Below, in pieces: positions 10,136 through 22,859 of a stretch of 40,902 nt of DNA; within the stretch, counting starts at the first letter, position 1, and the number at the start of each line of letters is the position of its first letter. Where the stretch lies: NCBI RefSeq assembly GCF_001194135.2, contig NC_068981.1, positions 102,150,319 through 102,191,220 on the forward strand, written 5' to 3'. The DNA comes from Octopus bimaculoides. Lineage: Eukaryota. The notes under the pieces were generated by a model that saw nothing but the letters and a program-made list of their open reading frames with translations, had not been told where the DNA came from and searched no databases. A program made the position numbers and the translations under genes.

Positions 10136-11185
10136 TATATCTTTCTTTCTCTTTTGTCAGGAAACCAACTTCGACCAAATACCCATCTTTGACTAGCAAT
10201 GCTAGTAAAAAATGTAACTATTTCTCTTAGTATCAATGCTACAAGAAAGATGATTTATTTTTTTCTTTCATATGTTAAAGTATCTACTGTCTGTTTGTTC
10301 AAATGTACTAATATTTCTATTTTTCTGTTCCCCCTACTCCTGAACTTTGTGTTATCATTTTCCAAATTTTTAAGAAAATTCTTTTGATAATATCCTCTGC
10401 TACCACACAGGTGGCTAGCACACATCCTTCAGAAGAGTGCTAGCTACATGCGAATAGCTAGTAAAAAACTGTCTTGAACAGCTAATAAAAACAATCATTT
10501 TTAAAATATCAATAATTAAAAGACAGACCTTTCTTCCCTCTAAAGTAATGGGGTAATATGTCCAAAAGATCCAGAAGTTGCTTCCAAAGCCAAACAAAAC
10601 AAAACAAAAAAAAAAATGTCTTTTTCCAAACAAATCATAGTAAAATATAACTTTCACATGGTTATTTCAACACAGTCTATGTACTAATCAACACAAATAT
10701 TTTAATAGCAACAACAACAACATCAAATAGTGAGTGGTAATGGTGTGAATATGTAAAGTTATGCTTGCTGTTCTTCATGTGATTAAATTAGCCTAACAGT
10801 AGTTTCAGATCTTGGATTACATCTGCAGCAGAAGTTTGGAGATGAAATTCCATACACACACATACTTACACACGCAAACATTTTCCAAAGTACAAGTGTA
10901 AACAGGCCATGATTTAAAATAGTGACTAGATACAATGGTAAAGCAGTTGAATTTGCTAGTAGACTGTGGACACTGAACTAGAATGAAGATGAACCTACTC
11001 TTGATAGCTATAGAAATAGAGAAATCTTTGAAATCATTATCTCTGAATTCATAATTAATATTTACCCAGTATGCATAGTTGTATGTGTATGTTTGCATAT
11101 ATATTCACCTGTGTGTGTGCATGCATACACACGTGCATGCATGCGTACATACATGCATACATACATACATACATACATACATACA

Positions 11186-12152
11186 CCATCTTGAAATTAA
11201 ACACAAAGAGTGACTGTATTATGACCGATAGAATACAGTATTGCAAAGGCATATTCCAAGGAGACAGCTTCTCTGTGATGTTGTTTATAGTTTCTGTAAA
11301 CCCCTTGCCATTTATGTTAAGGAAATTTGAAGGAAACGGAAGTACCAAAATTACACACTGTTTCTTTGTGGATGACTTGAAACTTTGAAGGGTATGTGTT
11401 TGCAATCCAGGAACAGGAAATATCAACCAATTACCTGATGTACAAAAGTGATAGAGATGCAAAAAAAGCAGTAAAATGTGACAACTGATGCAGACTTCAT
11501 GGAAGATATCATCCACATCATAAGCAGTTGTCTGAAAATGTTATCATGCTATAATCTACCAATGAGACATGATGTTGTAGCTAGGACACTCTATAATGAA
11601 ATCCATTGGAAGGATAACCCAGGGACAAAGAAATAAGAACTCACAGTATGGTAGAAGCAATAGCCACTCATAATAAAAAGGAATACTGCTGGAATGTCCC
11701 AGTGAAAACCTCAATAAAATGTAAACACAGCAGACTTGATATAATGATTTAGAATAGAGTAGAGAAACTGTGCACAGTTGTGGAAATTAGCTGCCCAGCA
11801 GATGTTAACATAACAAAGCTGAAGATCAGTGAAAAAGAAAATACCTACATTGAACTATTGAAAAATCTGCAGTTACTCTATCCAAATTACAAGTTCAGGT
11901 TTATACCTGTAATTAGTGGGACATTGGAACATGATACACACTACCTAAATACCAATCTTGAGAAGTTAGGCTTCTCAAAACAGAAAGGAGAAAGCTGACT
12001 CGAAGACTACAGATCCAATCCATCACTGGAACTATAAAATTCTATAAAATTTTCCAGAAGTTTATCATTTAAATATATATGAGCATGTCTTGATATACAT
12101 GCCATATGCATGAGAATACATACATAAAACAAAACATACAAATCTGCATGTA
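11186..12152 (+). mobile_element. Truncated, internally deleted R4/Dong-like (RLE) non-LTR retrotransposon
   Basis: RT motifs KGIFQGDSFSVMLFIVSVNPL and ITHCFFVDDLKL, then a CCHC-like knuckle and RHDVV, then RLE region NVPVKT..KHSRLDIMI..VVEISCPADVNI..KENTYIELL. Flanked on both sides by (ATAC)n. Confidence 0.85.
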
Positions 12153-12186
<34 letters not shown>

Positions 12187-12248
12187 CATACAAAAATAGC
12201 CTGTTGATGTTGAAATTCCAATAAAAGAGCTTTAGATCTAGGTTATAC

Positions 12249-12338
12249 AAGTGGAATTCCTTTCCATTGGATTACACTGGAAGATGGGACAGACAGATGG
12301 TAGTCAACAAGAAGGAGCATAGGTTTTAAGAGCTCATT
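12249..12338 (-). CDS. Candidate exon (NELLKPMLLLVDYHLSVPSSSVIQWKGIPL)
   Basis: caaatacctcag acceptor, CTT|GTATAA donor, 90 nt, phase 0-0, splices in frame to 9543-9695. Confidence 0.45.
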
Positions 12339-12358
12339 CTGAGGTATTTGCCCAAAAG

Positions 12359-12445
<87 letters not shown>

Positions 12446-12485
12446 GTACATGCATGCATATATATGTACATACACATAATATACT

Positions 12486-12690
12486 ATCATCATCTACTTT
12501 TCTATGTCAGCATAGTCTCATCTAAACCAAGCTGGAGCAAAGTTTCCTACAGCTGGATACTCTACCTGATGCCAACCCTCACCTGCTTCCAAGCAAGGTG
12601 ATGATACCTTAGTGTGTCAAACAACAAACGGCCAAGACATGGTTTCATGGAGAACTGGAAACAAACAGCTCTGAGTGTATGATCCCCCTT
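12486..12690 (-). mobile_element. Degenerate RTE 3' UTR fragment
   Basis: CTACAGCTGGATAC..CCTGATGCCAACCC resembles the 4079-4500 UTR. Confidence 0.6.
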
Positions 12691-13099
12691 TTTTTTTTTT
12701 ACATAGATTGTGCAACATATCAAGATATCTAAAGAAGCCTGAACATGCTTTCACACTGGGTTGTAAGCAAAATGCCTTAGGACAACAAACACACATGTGC
12801 AGACAAGGTGAAGTATGAACTCACACAAATACTGAAAGTCAAGCATACATAGATTGGTACATACATTCATGGATATACATACATCCTTATACATGATGAT
12901 ATATATATATATATATATATATGATCATCATCATCATTATTTTAACATCTACTTTTCCATGTTTGCATGCATATGTGTGTGTGTGTATACACACACACAC
13001 ACACACGCACACACATATAAACAACATGAACAAGAATGGAAAAAATCACATCATCATCATCATTCAATGATTACATCATGCATTACTGGTGATCGTTTA

Positions 13100-13842
13100 T
13101 AGTGTGCCAGCATATTTAGATATAGAAAAGAAAGATACAAAATACCACTGAAACTAATATATCCAAAAATTTATGCTAATACAATGTTATCAGGGTAACC
13201 CAAAACAGGTTAAATTCAAAGCAAACTGAAATAAGATCTATAATACATGAACACACACAAAAAGAACATTAAGAAGAACTATGATATTCTAAGGAAAGCC
13301 AGTTTGGTAGTTAAAATTATGATGACGTCAGTAGATAAAGAAAGAATAAAAAGTAAACATTATAATTCTATGTAATGACAGTTATCTAGCTATTTATGTA
13401 TGCTAAACATTCTTTTAGAAAAGTTATACTTATTAGATGATAGGAAAGGCAATTATAAGGAAAGTGTTATTTACTATCGAAATATTTAAATGTTTTTCTA
13501 TATTTATGGGAACATTTCAATGTTAAGAATGGTTGTACAATTTAATAATTTTAACATTTCTTCTAGGCAAAGATCACATTTAAAATTACCAGTATTACAC
13601 AATGGAGTCTAGCTAATAATGGACCACTTTATGTTGTAGTTAATATTCCTGCCTTTCAAATCCGAAATGAATTTACTAAAATTTGTAGAATTACATTTTC
13701 TCCTAAACATAAAAAAGAATAGTTATGTAATCTAGATTTCCAAATTGTAGCAAAAGAACCTATGTAATAATATGTGCAATCCTTTGCAATTACCATGCAT
13801 TAATATACTATATTCTTCTTTAAACACTGATTTTCTACAGGG
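13100..13842 (-). mobile_element. Penelope-like element 3' fragment (GIY-YIG endonuclease pseudogene)
   Basis: Minus strand CPVENQCLKKNIVY*CMVIAKDCTYYYIGS..CNSTNFSKFISDLKGRNINYNIKWSIIS*TPLCNTGNFKCDLCLEE, typical of the PLE GIY-YIG C-terminus. Left boundary approximate. Confidence 0.8.
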
Positions 13843-13954
13843 ACCCTTGTCATCATAACTGATGGAGTGCTCCTTTTATACACACACACACACACACATA
13901 CAAAGCTATGCATGTGTGTGTGTATATATTGTTAACATCATAAGAACTTTATAC

Positions 13955-14018
13955 GATTTTGAGAGAACATGAAATAATTCCCTTTTGGAATATTGTATCT
14001 GGAACCACACATGTAAAT
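13955..14018 (-). CDS. Candidate exon (FTCVVPDTIFQKGIISCSLKI in the phase joining 12249-12338)
   Basis: aatatttatatttatag acceptor, GTATAA donor, 64 nt. All three frames are open. Confidence 0.35.
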
Positions 14019-14174
14019 CTATAAATATAAATATTAGGTTGAATAACCCTTTTTGTTTAGAAAATATCAGAAGCAGTCTTTGACTTTTTCTATCCAAAAG
14101 GGATTTTCAACCCAATATTTATATGCTATTATTTATAGCTTTATGTGTGTGCTTTGAGATCCAATATTGCAAAA

Positions 14175-14214
<40 letters not shown>

Positions 14215-14226
14215 ATNNNNNNNNNN

Positions 14227-14267
<41 letters not shown>

Positions 14268-14399
14268 ATACGTATGATGTATGCACTCACATATTCAACC
14301 ACCAGAAATTTGGATGAAATTATAGCAGTAAAATTAGACAGTATCGCAGCTCAATGTTGATAAACACAGGTAGGACTGATAGTCAATTATTGTAAGATA

Positions 14400-14922
14400 A
14401 ATCTAACAATGATTTTCCTGCACTAGTTTTCGATACTTTAGGAGAAGGTAATTCCAACAGTGAAACTGATAGTATCTTCAAGATAACATCCAGTAATAAT
14501 ATTGATTATAATGCTGCTATTAATCCTGGTTTAACACCTCACTCTGAGAGTAGAGTTAGTAGCAATTCCTTTAACTATGAGTGCTACATACAAGTGAATA
14601 AATACCATTGTAATTTCAGAAACAAACTTAGGTGCCCTGTAGAAAATCAGTGTTTAAAGAAGAATATAGCATATTAATGCATGGTAATTGCAAGGGATTG
14701 CACATATTGTTACATAGGTTCTTCTGCTACAATTTGGAAATCTAGATTAGGTAACTATTCTTCTTTAAGTTTAGGAGAAAATGTAATTCTACAAATCTAA
14801 GTAAATTCATTTCAGATTTGAAAGACAGGAACATTAACTACAAAATAAAGTGGTCCATTATTAGTTAGACTCTATTGTGTAATACTGGTACTTTTAGATG
14901 TGATCTTTGTCTAGAAGGAATG
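14400..14922 (+). mobile_element. Penelope-like element fragment (GIY-YIG pseudogene), inverted partner of 13555-13842
   Basis: YHCNFRNKLRCPVENQCLKKNIAY*CMVIARDCTYCYIGS..NSTNLSKFISDLKDRNINYKIKWSIIS*TLLCNTGTFRCDLCLE. Confidence 0.85.
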
Positions 14923-15066
14923 TGTACATATTTCTATACACACACACACACACACACATATATATGTATGTATATATATATATATGTAAACATATGGAAA
15001 ATTATAAGAAAGTGTTGAAAATATAATAAATTTTCATATGCATATGTATGTATATATATATATAAT

Positions 15067-15418
15067 AGGCACAGACGTGGCTGTGTAGTAAGAAACTTGC
15101 TTTCTAATCACAGGGTTCTGGGTTCAGACCGACTGTATGGAACATTGGGAAAGTTAAACTTATTGTGGCTTCAGGCTGACTAAAACCTTGTGAGTGGATT
15201 CAGTAGGTAGAAACAGAAAGAAGCCTGTTGCAGTATAAGCGTGTGTTTGTCTCCACCACCACTTGACAACCAGTGTTGGTGTGTTTATGTCCCCATAACT
15301 TGACAGTTTGGCAAAAGAATAAGTACCAGGCTTAACAAAAACATTAAGTACTGGGGGTTGATTCCTTTGACTAGAAATTCTTCAAGGCAGTGCTCCAGTA
15401 TGGCAATCTAATGACTGA

Positions 15419-15423
<5 letters not shown>
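15067..15423 (+). mobile_element. Family A tRNA SINE
   Basis: GGCACAGACGTGGCTGTGTAGTAAG head through ATGACTGAAAC tail. Confidence 0.85.
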
Positions 15424-15477
<54 letters not shown>

Positions 15478-16222
15478 TTCTCTCTTTATATATATACAAT
15501 TTGTGGAAGATCAAGACAAGGCAAAATTAGCTTGGTATGGTCAGTAAAATTAAAGATATGTTGTTTCATTCATATCAATTAAGGTGCTAGATCTATGTCC
15601 AGGGAATTCACCATTCATAATGTTAACAGGAAACAGGAAGGGATAAAAAGAGGAAGTAGTTATAGTAAATATAACTGGATTTCAGCTGCATGAAACTTAG
15701 CATTGGTTTGTTAGCTGAGTCTGTTAGAGGAGCTTTCTATGAAAAGCACATTTCTATGCATTCATATATTTCACTATAAATACACACACACACACACAAG
15801 AACGAGTAAGAAAGTAATGCAATTTTCATTTGCATTACTTTTTCACCTAACTTTATATATATGAAGGACTAGTGAAAAATAATGTTAATGTATTACTTTC
15901 TGACTCGCACTTATGTATATTATAATACACAATGTGTGTATGTATGTATATATATATNNNNNNNNNNNNNNNNNNNNNNNNNNNNNNNNNNNNNNNNNNN
16001 NNNNNNNNNNNNNNNNNNNNNNNNNNNNNNNNNNNNNNNNNNNNNNNNNNNNNNNNTGTGTATAACTGTGTATGTGTATAACTGTGTATGTGTATAACTG
16101 TGTATGGATATCTTCTATTATACAACTAGATATAATCATGAAATAAAACCATGAAATCATATTAGGAACCAATTATAAAGTGTCATTAGCAAAATGACTG
16201 CTTTCAACCATATTCTATATAC

Positions 16223-16264
16223 TTAAGTACTAGAATAAATGGCTGTTTACACCAACTTTCCTGT
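16223..16264 (-). CDS. Weak candidate exon (QESWCKQPFILVL)
   Basis: ataatttatttctag acceptor, GTATAT donor, phase-compatible with 13955-14018. Confidence 0.2.
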
Positions 16265-16451
16265 CTAGAAATAAATTATAATGATAATAATTATTTTTCC
16301 TTACTTAAGCAAGAAGACTGAAATTTGTAAGAAAATGGTTAGAAGCAAATGAATGGTCATTGGTATATGCTTTATATTTATATTTAAATTGTGAATCTCC
16401 AGAGGGATAAAATTTCAAACTCAGTTCTTGTGAGATTTGAACTTAGTATTA

Positions 16452-16750
16452 CATTGGAAGCAATGCAAAAAGTGGGGGCTAGGGAGAGGCAAGACGTGGT
16501 ATGAGCACAAACCGCAGAGAGTGGTAGAGTCGGATACTAGCAAAAATCCTCTGGGATTTCCCAATCCAAACAAATCAAGGACTAGAGCATAACAGACTGG
16601 ACCTAGTGGAGGTGGACAAGGTGCACCACATATGCTATATAGTTGATGTTGCATGCCCCTTTGACTCACGAATAGTAAAGAAGGAAGGCGAAAAGATAGA
16701 TAGATACAACACTTAAGTACGAAATAGCTCGACTATGGAGAATGAAGGTA
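16452..16750 (+). mobile_element. R4/Dong-like RLE domain fragment (second family)
   Basis: HWKQCKKWGLGRGKTWYEHKPQRVVES..KILWDFPIQTNQGLEHNRLDLVEVDKVHHICYIVDVACPFDSRIVKKEGEKIDRY..LKYEIARLWRMK, with frameshifts. Confidence 0.85.
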
Positions 16751-17243
16751 AAGACACTTGCCTAAGGTGCCACGCAGTGGGACTGAACCTGGATCTATGT
16801 TGTTGGGAAACAAGCTTCTTACCAGACAATATATACCTGAAATACATCTTGTCAAATGTCCAGAAGGCTCAATGCAATTAGTCAATAGCTACTTAGGTAA
16901 CTTAATAAAGCAGTGAAAGCCTTGAATGCAGAAGAGTTAAAGAAACTAGAAAAAAATAAAGCAAAAATGCTCTCTAGATGTATAAAAAATACCCTTGAAA
17001 ATATTTTGTTGATTATATTTATAATTCTATTTAACATTTTTATTTGTTCATTTATTCTGCATTATCTGAGATAGATTTTACAAGCAATATGAGTTTTAAA
17101 AATGATATCAGATTACTTTTGGAACTGTGTGCTTTTACAGCATTTTTTCCTCTTTTTCTGAATCATATTTTAGTAAACCTGACACATAGAGAAGTGAAAG
17201 GTTCATTTACTGTTTTTATCCCCTGTTTAGTGGAGCACAGTAA

Positions 17244-17563
17244 AGGTGCATGGCTTAGTGGTTAGGGCATTCAGCTTACATTCGTAAGGTTGTGAGTTCG
17301 ATTCCTGGTGATGCGTTGTATCCTTCAGTGAGACATTTTATTTCTTGTTGCTTCAGTCCACTCAGCTGGCAGAAATGGGTAGTACCTGTATTTCAAAGGG
17401 CCAGCCTTGTCACTCTCTGTGTCACAATGAATCTGCCTGAGAACTCTGTTAAGGGTACACGTGTCTGTGGAGTAGTCAGTTACATGCACGTTAATTTCAT
17501 GAGCAGGATGTTCTGTTGATCAGATCAACTGGAACCCTTGTTGTCATAACTGACAGAGTACCA
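17244..17563 (+). mobile_element. tRNA SINE sharing its 3' half with 7645-8026
   Basis: TGGCTTAGTGG and GAGTTCGATTCC boxes. AAAGGGCCAGCCTTGTCAC..AAGGGTACACGTGTCTGTGGAG..GGAACCCTTGTTGTC tail. Confidence 0.85.
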
Positions 17564-17569
17564 GTGGAG

Positions 17570-17860
17570 CATGAAGGCTGGAGTACAAATGAGTGAAGAG
17601 AAAAATTGGGTTTAAGAGGAATCAGATGTACAGTGCAAAAGAGAAAACTGTTGTTGGTACAGGCATGTGATACATATGGCAGATGACAGCTGTATAAAGA
17701 AAATATGAGTGGAACCCGTGGAAAAAGGAAACATAGAAAGTCATAGGATGAAGTAGTGGTGACTGATGTCACATTGGTGCACCTTGTTAAGATCTTCATA
17801 ATTAATGACACATAGTGCTGGAAAAGACACACCCGCATGGGGAAACATGCACTAAAACGG
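17570..17860 (+). mobile_element. Degenerate RTE LINE ORF C-terminus
   Basis: EKLGLRGIRCTVQKRKL..RHVIHMADDSCIKK..GTRGKRKHRKS*DEVV, homologous to 4534-4740. Confidence 0.7.
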
Positions 17861-18262
17861 TGGCAGTGATAGAGATTAAGTTGTATATCTACAGTTGGGT
17901 CTCTTGCCCAATCTTCCTGTTCAGTCTCCATCTTTTACTCAACTCCTGCCTCAATGATACACTTTCATTTCTCTATCACTCTGCTCCAATTAAATTTACC
18001 CCCACCCCACACTCCCCCACCACCAGTCACATTATTTTAACCACTCTTTTCCATCCCCATCACAATTCTGTTATAGAGAAACTGAGTGAAATAAGCTAGT
18101 ATCCAATACACCCCTATCACCCTCTGTATTGCTACCATTACTCACCCCACCTTTCTCTCCCTCTCTCACACACTTTTTCTCATACTAGCTATCATCATTC
18201 TATTGTTTCTAGCATGTAGAACACCATGTGGAAATTACCGTTGGAATATGTAATTTTCTGAC

Positions 18263-18430
18263 ATAGGCACAGGTGTGGCTGTGTGGAAAGAATCTTGCTT
18301 CCCAACCACATAGGTCCAGGTTTAGTCCCACTGTGTGGTACTTTGGGCAAGTATCTTCTACTATAGCCTGAAGGCGACCAAAGCCTTGTGAGTGGATTTG
18401 GTACATAGAAACTGAAAGGAGCCTGTCGTG
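18263..18430 (+). mobile_element. Family A SINE head and core
   Basis: GGCACAGGTGTGGCTGTGTGG..CCCAACCACATAGG..GGGCAAGTATCTTCTACTATAG..GTGAGTGGATTTGG. Confidence 0.85.
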
Positions 18431-18479
18431 TGTATGTGTGTGTGTGTGTGTGTATTTATGTGTGTGTGTCTTCAGCTTT

Positions 18480-18580
18480 TTCCCAAGCTCTGTAAAAGAA
18501 CTTGGAAGGTTGGGCCTCCAACTGGGCCTTTTGCATTAAAGCCATTAAAGCCAGGAACTTTTCAGCATTCCATCATACTA
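18480..18580 (-). mobile_element. Partial copy of the 8144-8347 MITE
   Basis: GGAAGGTTGGGCCTCCAAC..TAAAGCCAGGAACTTTTCAG is the reverse complement of 8152-8230. Confidence 0.75.
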
Positions 18581-19155
18581 TGAAAATGTAATCATAAATT
18601 CTAAAGAAATATCAATGCAAACTGTTCTTTTGCAGACTTTATGAATAGTAGAATAATAGATACAGTACTTATGTAATCAACAAAAATGTTTTACTTTATG
18701 TAAAATATAGACTCAATCTAGAAAGTTACATTTTAAGAACCTCAAAAATGGCATGCAACCTTTAGGTCAAAAGGTTACTCATCCCCTTTTTTTAAACCTA
18801 GATAGTGTTCAAAGTAGAAATGTTAACAATACACACATCACCATTATTATCATTATTATTATTATCATTACCACTAGTGAATTTATTTTTAAAGCCAATG
18901 TTTATATAATATATAACTTGAGTAACTGGCTGGCTGGCTCCTAGCCAGCCAGTTTGGTTAGGATTCAGTTTAATTACAGGGCTATCCATGGTCAGCAGAT
19001 CAACCAGAATTCTTAACACCCAGACATTTAATCAAATCTAAATGGAATACAGACAGTCAGATATAATAGACAGATTGGCATAAAGGAAGTCAGACACACA
19101 GATGTACATTCTGGCAGAAAGTTATGTGTTTATGTAGGTAACTTTAAATCTATAC

Positions 19156-19234
19156 TGCAGTAGCTATCTTCATAGATATCAGCAATGCTCAGTAGATTTA
19201 AAGCAGAGTAGGAAATGTGAAACCACGGTATAGA
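19156..19234 (-). CDS. Candidate exon (SIPWFHISYSALNLLSIADIYEDSYC)
   Basis: aactgtgtgtttcag acceptor, GTATAG donor, phase 0 start compatible with 26047-26146. Confidence 0.3.
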
Positions 19235-20928
19235 CTGAAACACACAGTTATTGACACTTAGTTATCTACACATTTATAATCGATTCTAGAAAACTTCTAT
19301 ACAACTACAAATGTTTTTTGTTTGGTCATTCGATTAACATCTGTTTTTCCATGTTAGCAGATGGGGACTTCTTTGAGACAGGATTTTACAGACCTGCTCT
19401 TCCAGTCACCAGCCTTTACGAGCTTTACAAGCTTTTTAACCATCTTCTTTGAACACTGATGCATACTTGGACAATTGGATATTAAAATGATGATGATGAT
19501 GAGCATACACACACATGCACACAATCATGTATGGAGGTATGCAAATATGTACGCGTGTGCATGTGTGTGTGTGTATCATCAGTAGCTCATATATTCCGAA
19601 AAGAAGCACACTCTAAAACATTAGAGCACTAATATATTTTTAGTAATTTGATTGTTATGGTCAGCCAGAGTGTGACCTCTGTAGAGAGGTTATGTGCCTA
19701 GGGCCATTTGAATCTGATCAGTTACCTATATAGCTAAGCGCTTTATAGGTGTGAACCAATGGTCACTCTCTGACTGGCCATAAAAGTCAACTTCCTAATA
19801 TATATATTATTTTACTTGTTTCAGTCATTTTGACTGTGACCATGCTGGAGCACTGCCTTCAAATATATATGCACGCACAAACACACACATGTGTAATATT
19901 TATACCTATGTATGTGTGAATGTGATTGTGTGTGTATTTTAAGAGAGAAAAAGAGGAGTGAGAAACAGAAAGAGAAGGAGATGTAGGTAGACAGATGAAA
20001 GATAGACAGATGAAAGATAGACAGATGAAAGATAGACAGACAAAGAGTGAGAGATAACCTGTATCACAAGAATAAATATTTAATTCCAACAGCTACACCA
20101 ACAGATATGCCATTGATTCATGAGGACTAAACATTGCTAGAACGCAATGACTACTGCTGTTATTTCATTCATGACTGATACTTTTAACAACTTGCTTTAC
20201 TTTTGAGGTATTTTACCTTTTATTTCTTTCCCCTTTGTTTAAAAAAAAAACAAAAATGCATTTCTCACTCAGCATGGCTAGATGCATCATTATCATCATC
20301 ACCACTACTACCAGCATCAGTAGCAGAAGCAGCAGCAGTGACAACAGCAGCAAGTGTAGCAGCAGCTGTTACTGCTGTCACAGAAGTATCATGTGACCCT
20401 GATGTATGACTCAGAAAGATGCTCTATGTAGGTTGTAAGCCAATGTTAGTCAGACAAAGACCTGTTAATGAATTCAGTAGTAAAATTCTTCAGAGATTCC
20501 CAAACTGGTGTCAGTCACATGTGATCTCACTATAGCTCAAACATGACTTCATATAGACACAAATTCAGTTTTGTTTTATGTTTTTTTTAAAAATTCTTTT
20601 TCTATCCTCCATTTTCTTTTTATTGTTCTTTTATTATTTATTATCACACTTTACATTTTCAATGTTCTTCTTCACACCTTGTATTTCCATTCTTCATATC
20701 TTGTTCCATTGCTCCACTTTGTCTGCTTCACTTACTCATTTTAAATTGCTCTTTTATTTTCCTTTCTTCCTTCTTCTGGCTTTTACTCCTTTTCATGCGC
20801 TTCCTCTCTCAATCATCCACGCTCAACCAGTTTTACTTATTTTTCCAATTCTTTCACACAAATGAAGATTTTCCCCCTAAATGATGTTAAAATGTATATG
20901 ATGCTGATGACACTTCAACAAGCTAGAT

Positions 20929-22470
20929 ACAGCACTCATTCAAAAGTAAGAGAGCACTCATTCAAAAGACACAGGGCAATCATTCAAAAGACACAGGGCA
21001 ATCATTCAAAAGACACAGAGCAATCATTCAAAAGACACAGAGCAATCATTCAAAAGACACAAAGCAATCATTCAAAAGACACAGAGCACTCATTCAAAAG
21101 ACACAGAGCAATCATTCAAAAGACACAGAGCAATCATTCAAAAGACACAGAGCAATCATTCAAAAGACATAACAATCATTCAAAAGACACAGAGCAATCA
21201 TTCAAAAGACACAGAGCAATCAGTCAAAAGACACAGAGCAATCAGTCAAAAGACACAGAGCAATCAGTCAAAAGACACAGAGCAATCAGTCAAAAGACAC
21301 AGAGCAATCATTCAAAAGACACACAACAATCAGTCAAAAGACACACAACAATCAGTCAAAAGACACAGAGCAATCATTCAAAAGACACNNNNNNNNNNNN
21401 NNNNNNNNNNNNNNNNNNNNNNNNNNNNNNNNNNNNNNNNNNNNNNNNNNNNNNNNNNNNNNNNNNNNNNNNNNNNNNNNNNNNNNNNNNNNNNNNNNNN
21501 NNNNNNNNNNNNNNNNNNNNNNNNNNNNNNNNNNNNNNNNNNNNNNNNNNNNNNNNNNNNNNNNNNNNNNNNNNNNNNNNNNNNNNNNNNNNNNNNNNNN
21601 NNNNNNNNNNNNNNNNNNNNNNNNNNNNNNNNNNNNNNNNNNNNNNNNNNNNNNNNNNNNNNNNNNNNNNNNNNNNNNNNNNNNNNNNNNNNNNNNNNNN
21701 NNNNNNNNNNNNNNNNNNNNNNNNNNNNNNNNNNNNNNNNNNNNNNNNNNNNNNNNNNNNNNNNNNNNNNNNNNNNNNNNNNNNNNNNNNNNNNNNNNNN
21801 NNNNNNNNNNNNNNNNNNNNNNNNNNNNNNNNNNNNNNNNNNNNNNNNNNNNNNNNNNNNNNNNNNNNNNNNNNNNNNNNNNNNNNNNNNNNNNNNNNNN
21901 NNNNNNNNNNNNNNNNNNNNNNNNNNAGACACAGAGCAATCATTCAAAAGACACAGAGCAATCATTCAAAAGATACACAACAATCAGTCAAAAGACACAG
22001 AGCAATCATTCAAAAGACACAGAGCAATCATTCAAAAGATACACAACAATCAGTCAAAAGACACAGAGCAATCGTTCAAAAGACACAGAGCAATCATTCA
22101 AAAGACACACAACAATCAGACAAAAGACACAGAGCAATCATTCAAAAGACACAGAACAATCATTCAAAAGATACACAACAATCAGTCAAAAGACACAGAG
22201 CAATCATTCAAAAGACACACAACAATCAGTCAAAAGACACAGAACAATCATTCAAAAGACACAGAGTAATCATTCAAAAGACACAGAGCAATCATTCAAA
22301 AGACACAGAGCAATCATTCAAAAGACACAGAGCAATCATTCAAAAGACACACAACAATCAGTCAAAAGGCACAGAGCAATCATTCAAAAGACACACAATT
22401 AGTCAAAAGACACAGAGCAATCATTTAAAAGACACAGAGCAATCATTCAAAAGATACAGGACAATCATTC
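20929..22470. repeat. 22-bp minisatellite (GACACAGAGCAATCATTCAAAA)n interrupted by a 538-N gap
   Basis: Direct tandem units with the variant GA(C/T)ACACAACAATCAGTCAAAA. Source of the 539-aa ORF. Confidence 0.97.
21389..21926. other. Assembly gap (others at 4314-4323, 14217-14226, 15958-16056, 24235-24244, 34078-34087, 35847-35865, 36254-36263, 36741-36759)
   Basis: Runs of N. Confidence 1.
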
Positions 22471-22859
22471 AACAGTATTAGTGAGGTTGCCACACTGCTT
22501 GCATGACTACAAACTCCAAGAGAGGTAGTTTTATGCAAGGAGACAAGGGGTAAGGATATGAGGGAAGTGGGCCAGAGCAGAACAGGTTTCTTGCTGTAGA
22601 GGAGTAACCACACTTTAAGAAGGGGTTATTGGGGTGATTGGTGTGGAACAGGGAAGAGATCAAAAGGGTGGTGATGAGGCGTTTGGACAGATACTCAAAG
22701 TTCAAGGTGAAATAGATTGAGAGGGGACGGGAACCAGGAGTGTGAGTGAGTAGAGATTGCAGTGTGTATGGGAAAGAGATACATATAGACACAGGAAGGC
22801 CCACACTTATACATACAAAACATACATACCAAAAAGGATCGCAGGAACACAAAGAAAAC

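Noticed and set aside
9543-12338. Assignment to G6PD/H6PD from QWKGIPLALRLG
   Set aside because: It resembles W.GVPF.LR.GK only over about 11 residues and the flanking residues do not fit. No gene symbol given.
18924-18954. 12-bp-stem hairpin AACTGGCTGGCT/AGCCAGCCAGTT; also a 22-bp palindrome at 40476-40497
   Set aside because: Short and partly low-complexity, with no supporting context. Compatible with chance in 41 kb.
20929-22470. CRISPR-like array
   Set aside because: Contiguous tandem units with no unique spacers, eukaryotic context and no cas genes.
20862-22481. 539-aa ORF as a real protein
   Set aside because: It is the translation of a 22-bp tandem repeat lacking stop codons and spans a 538-N gap of arbitrary phase.
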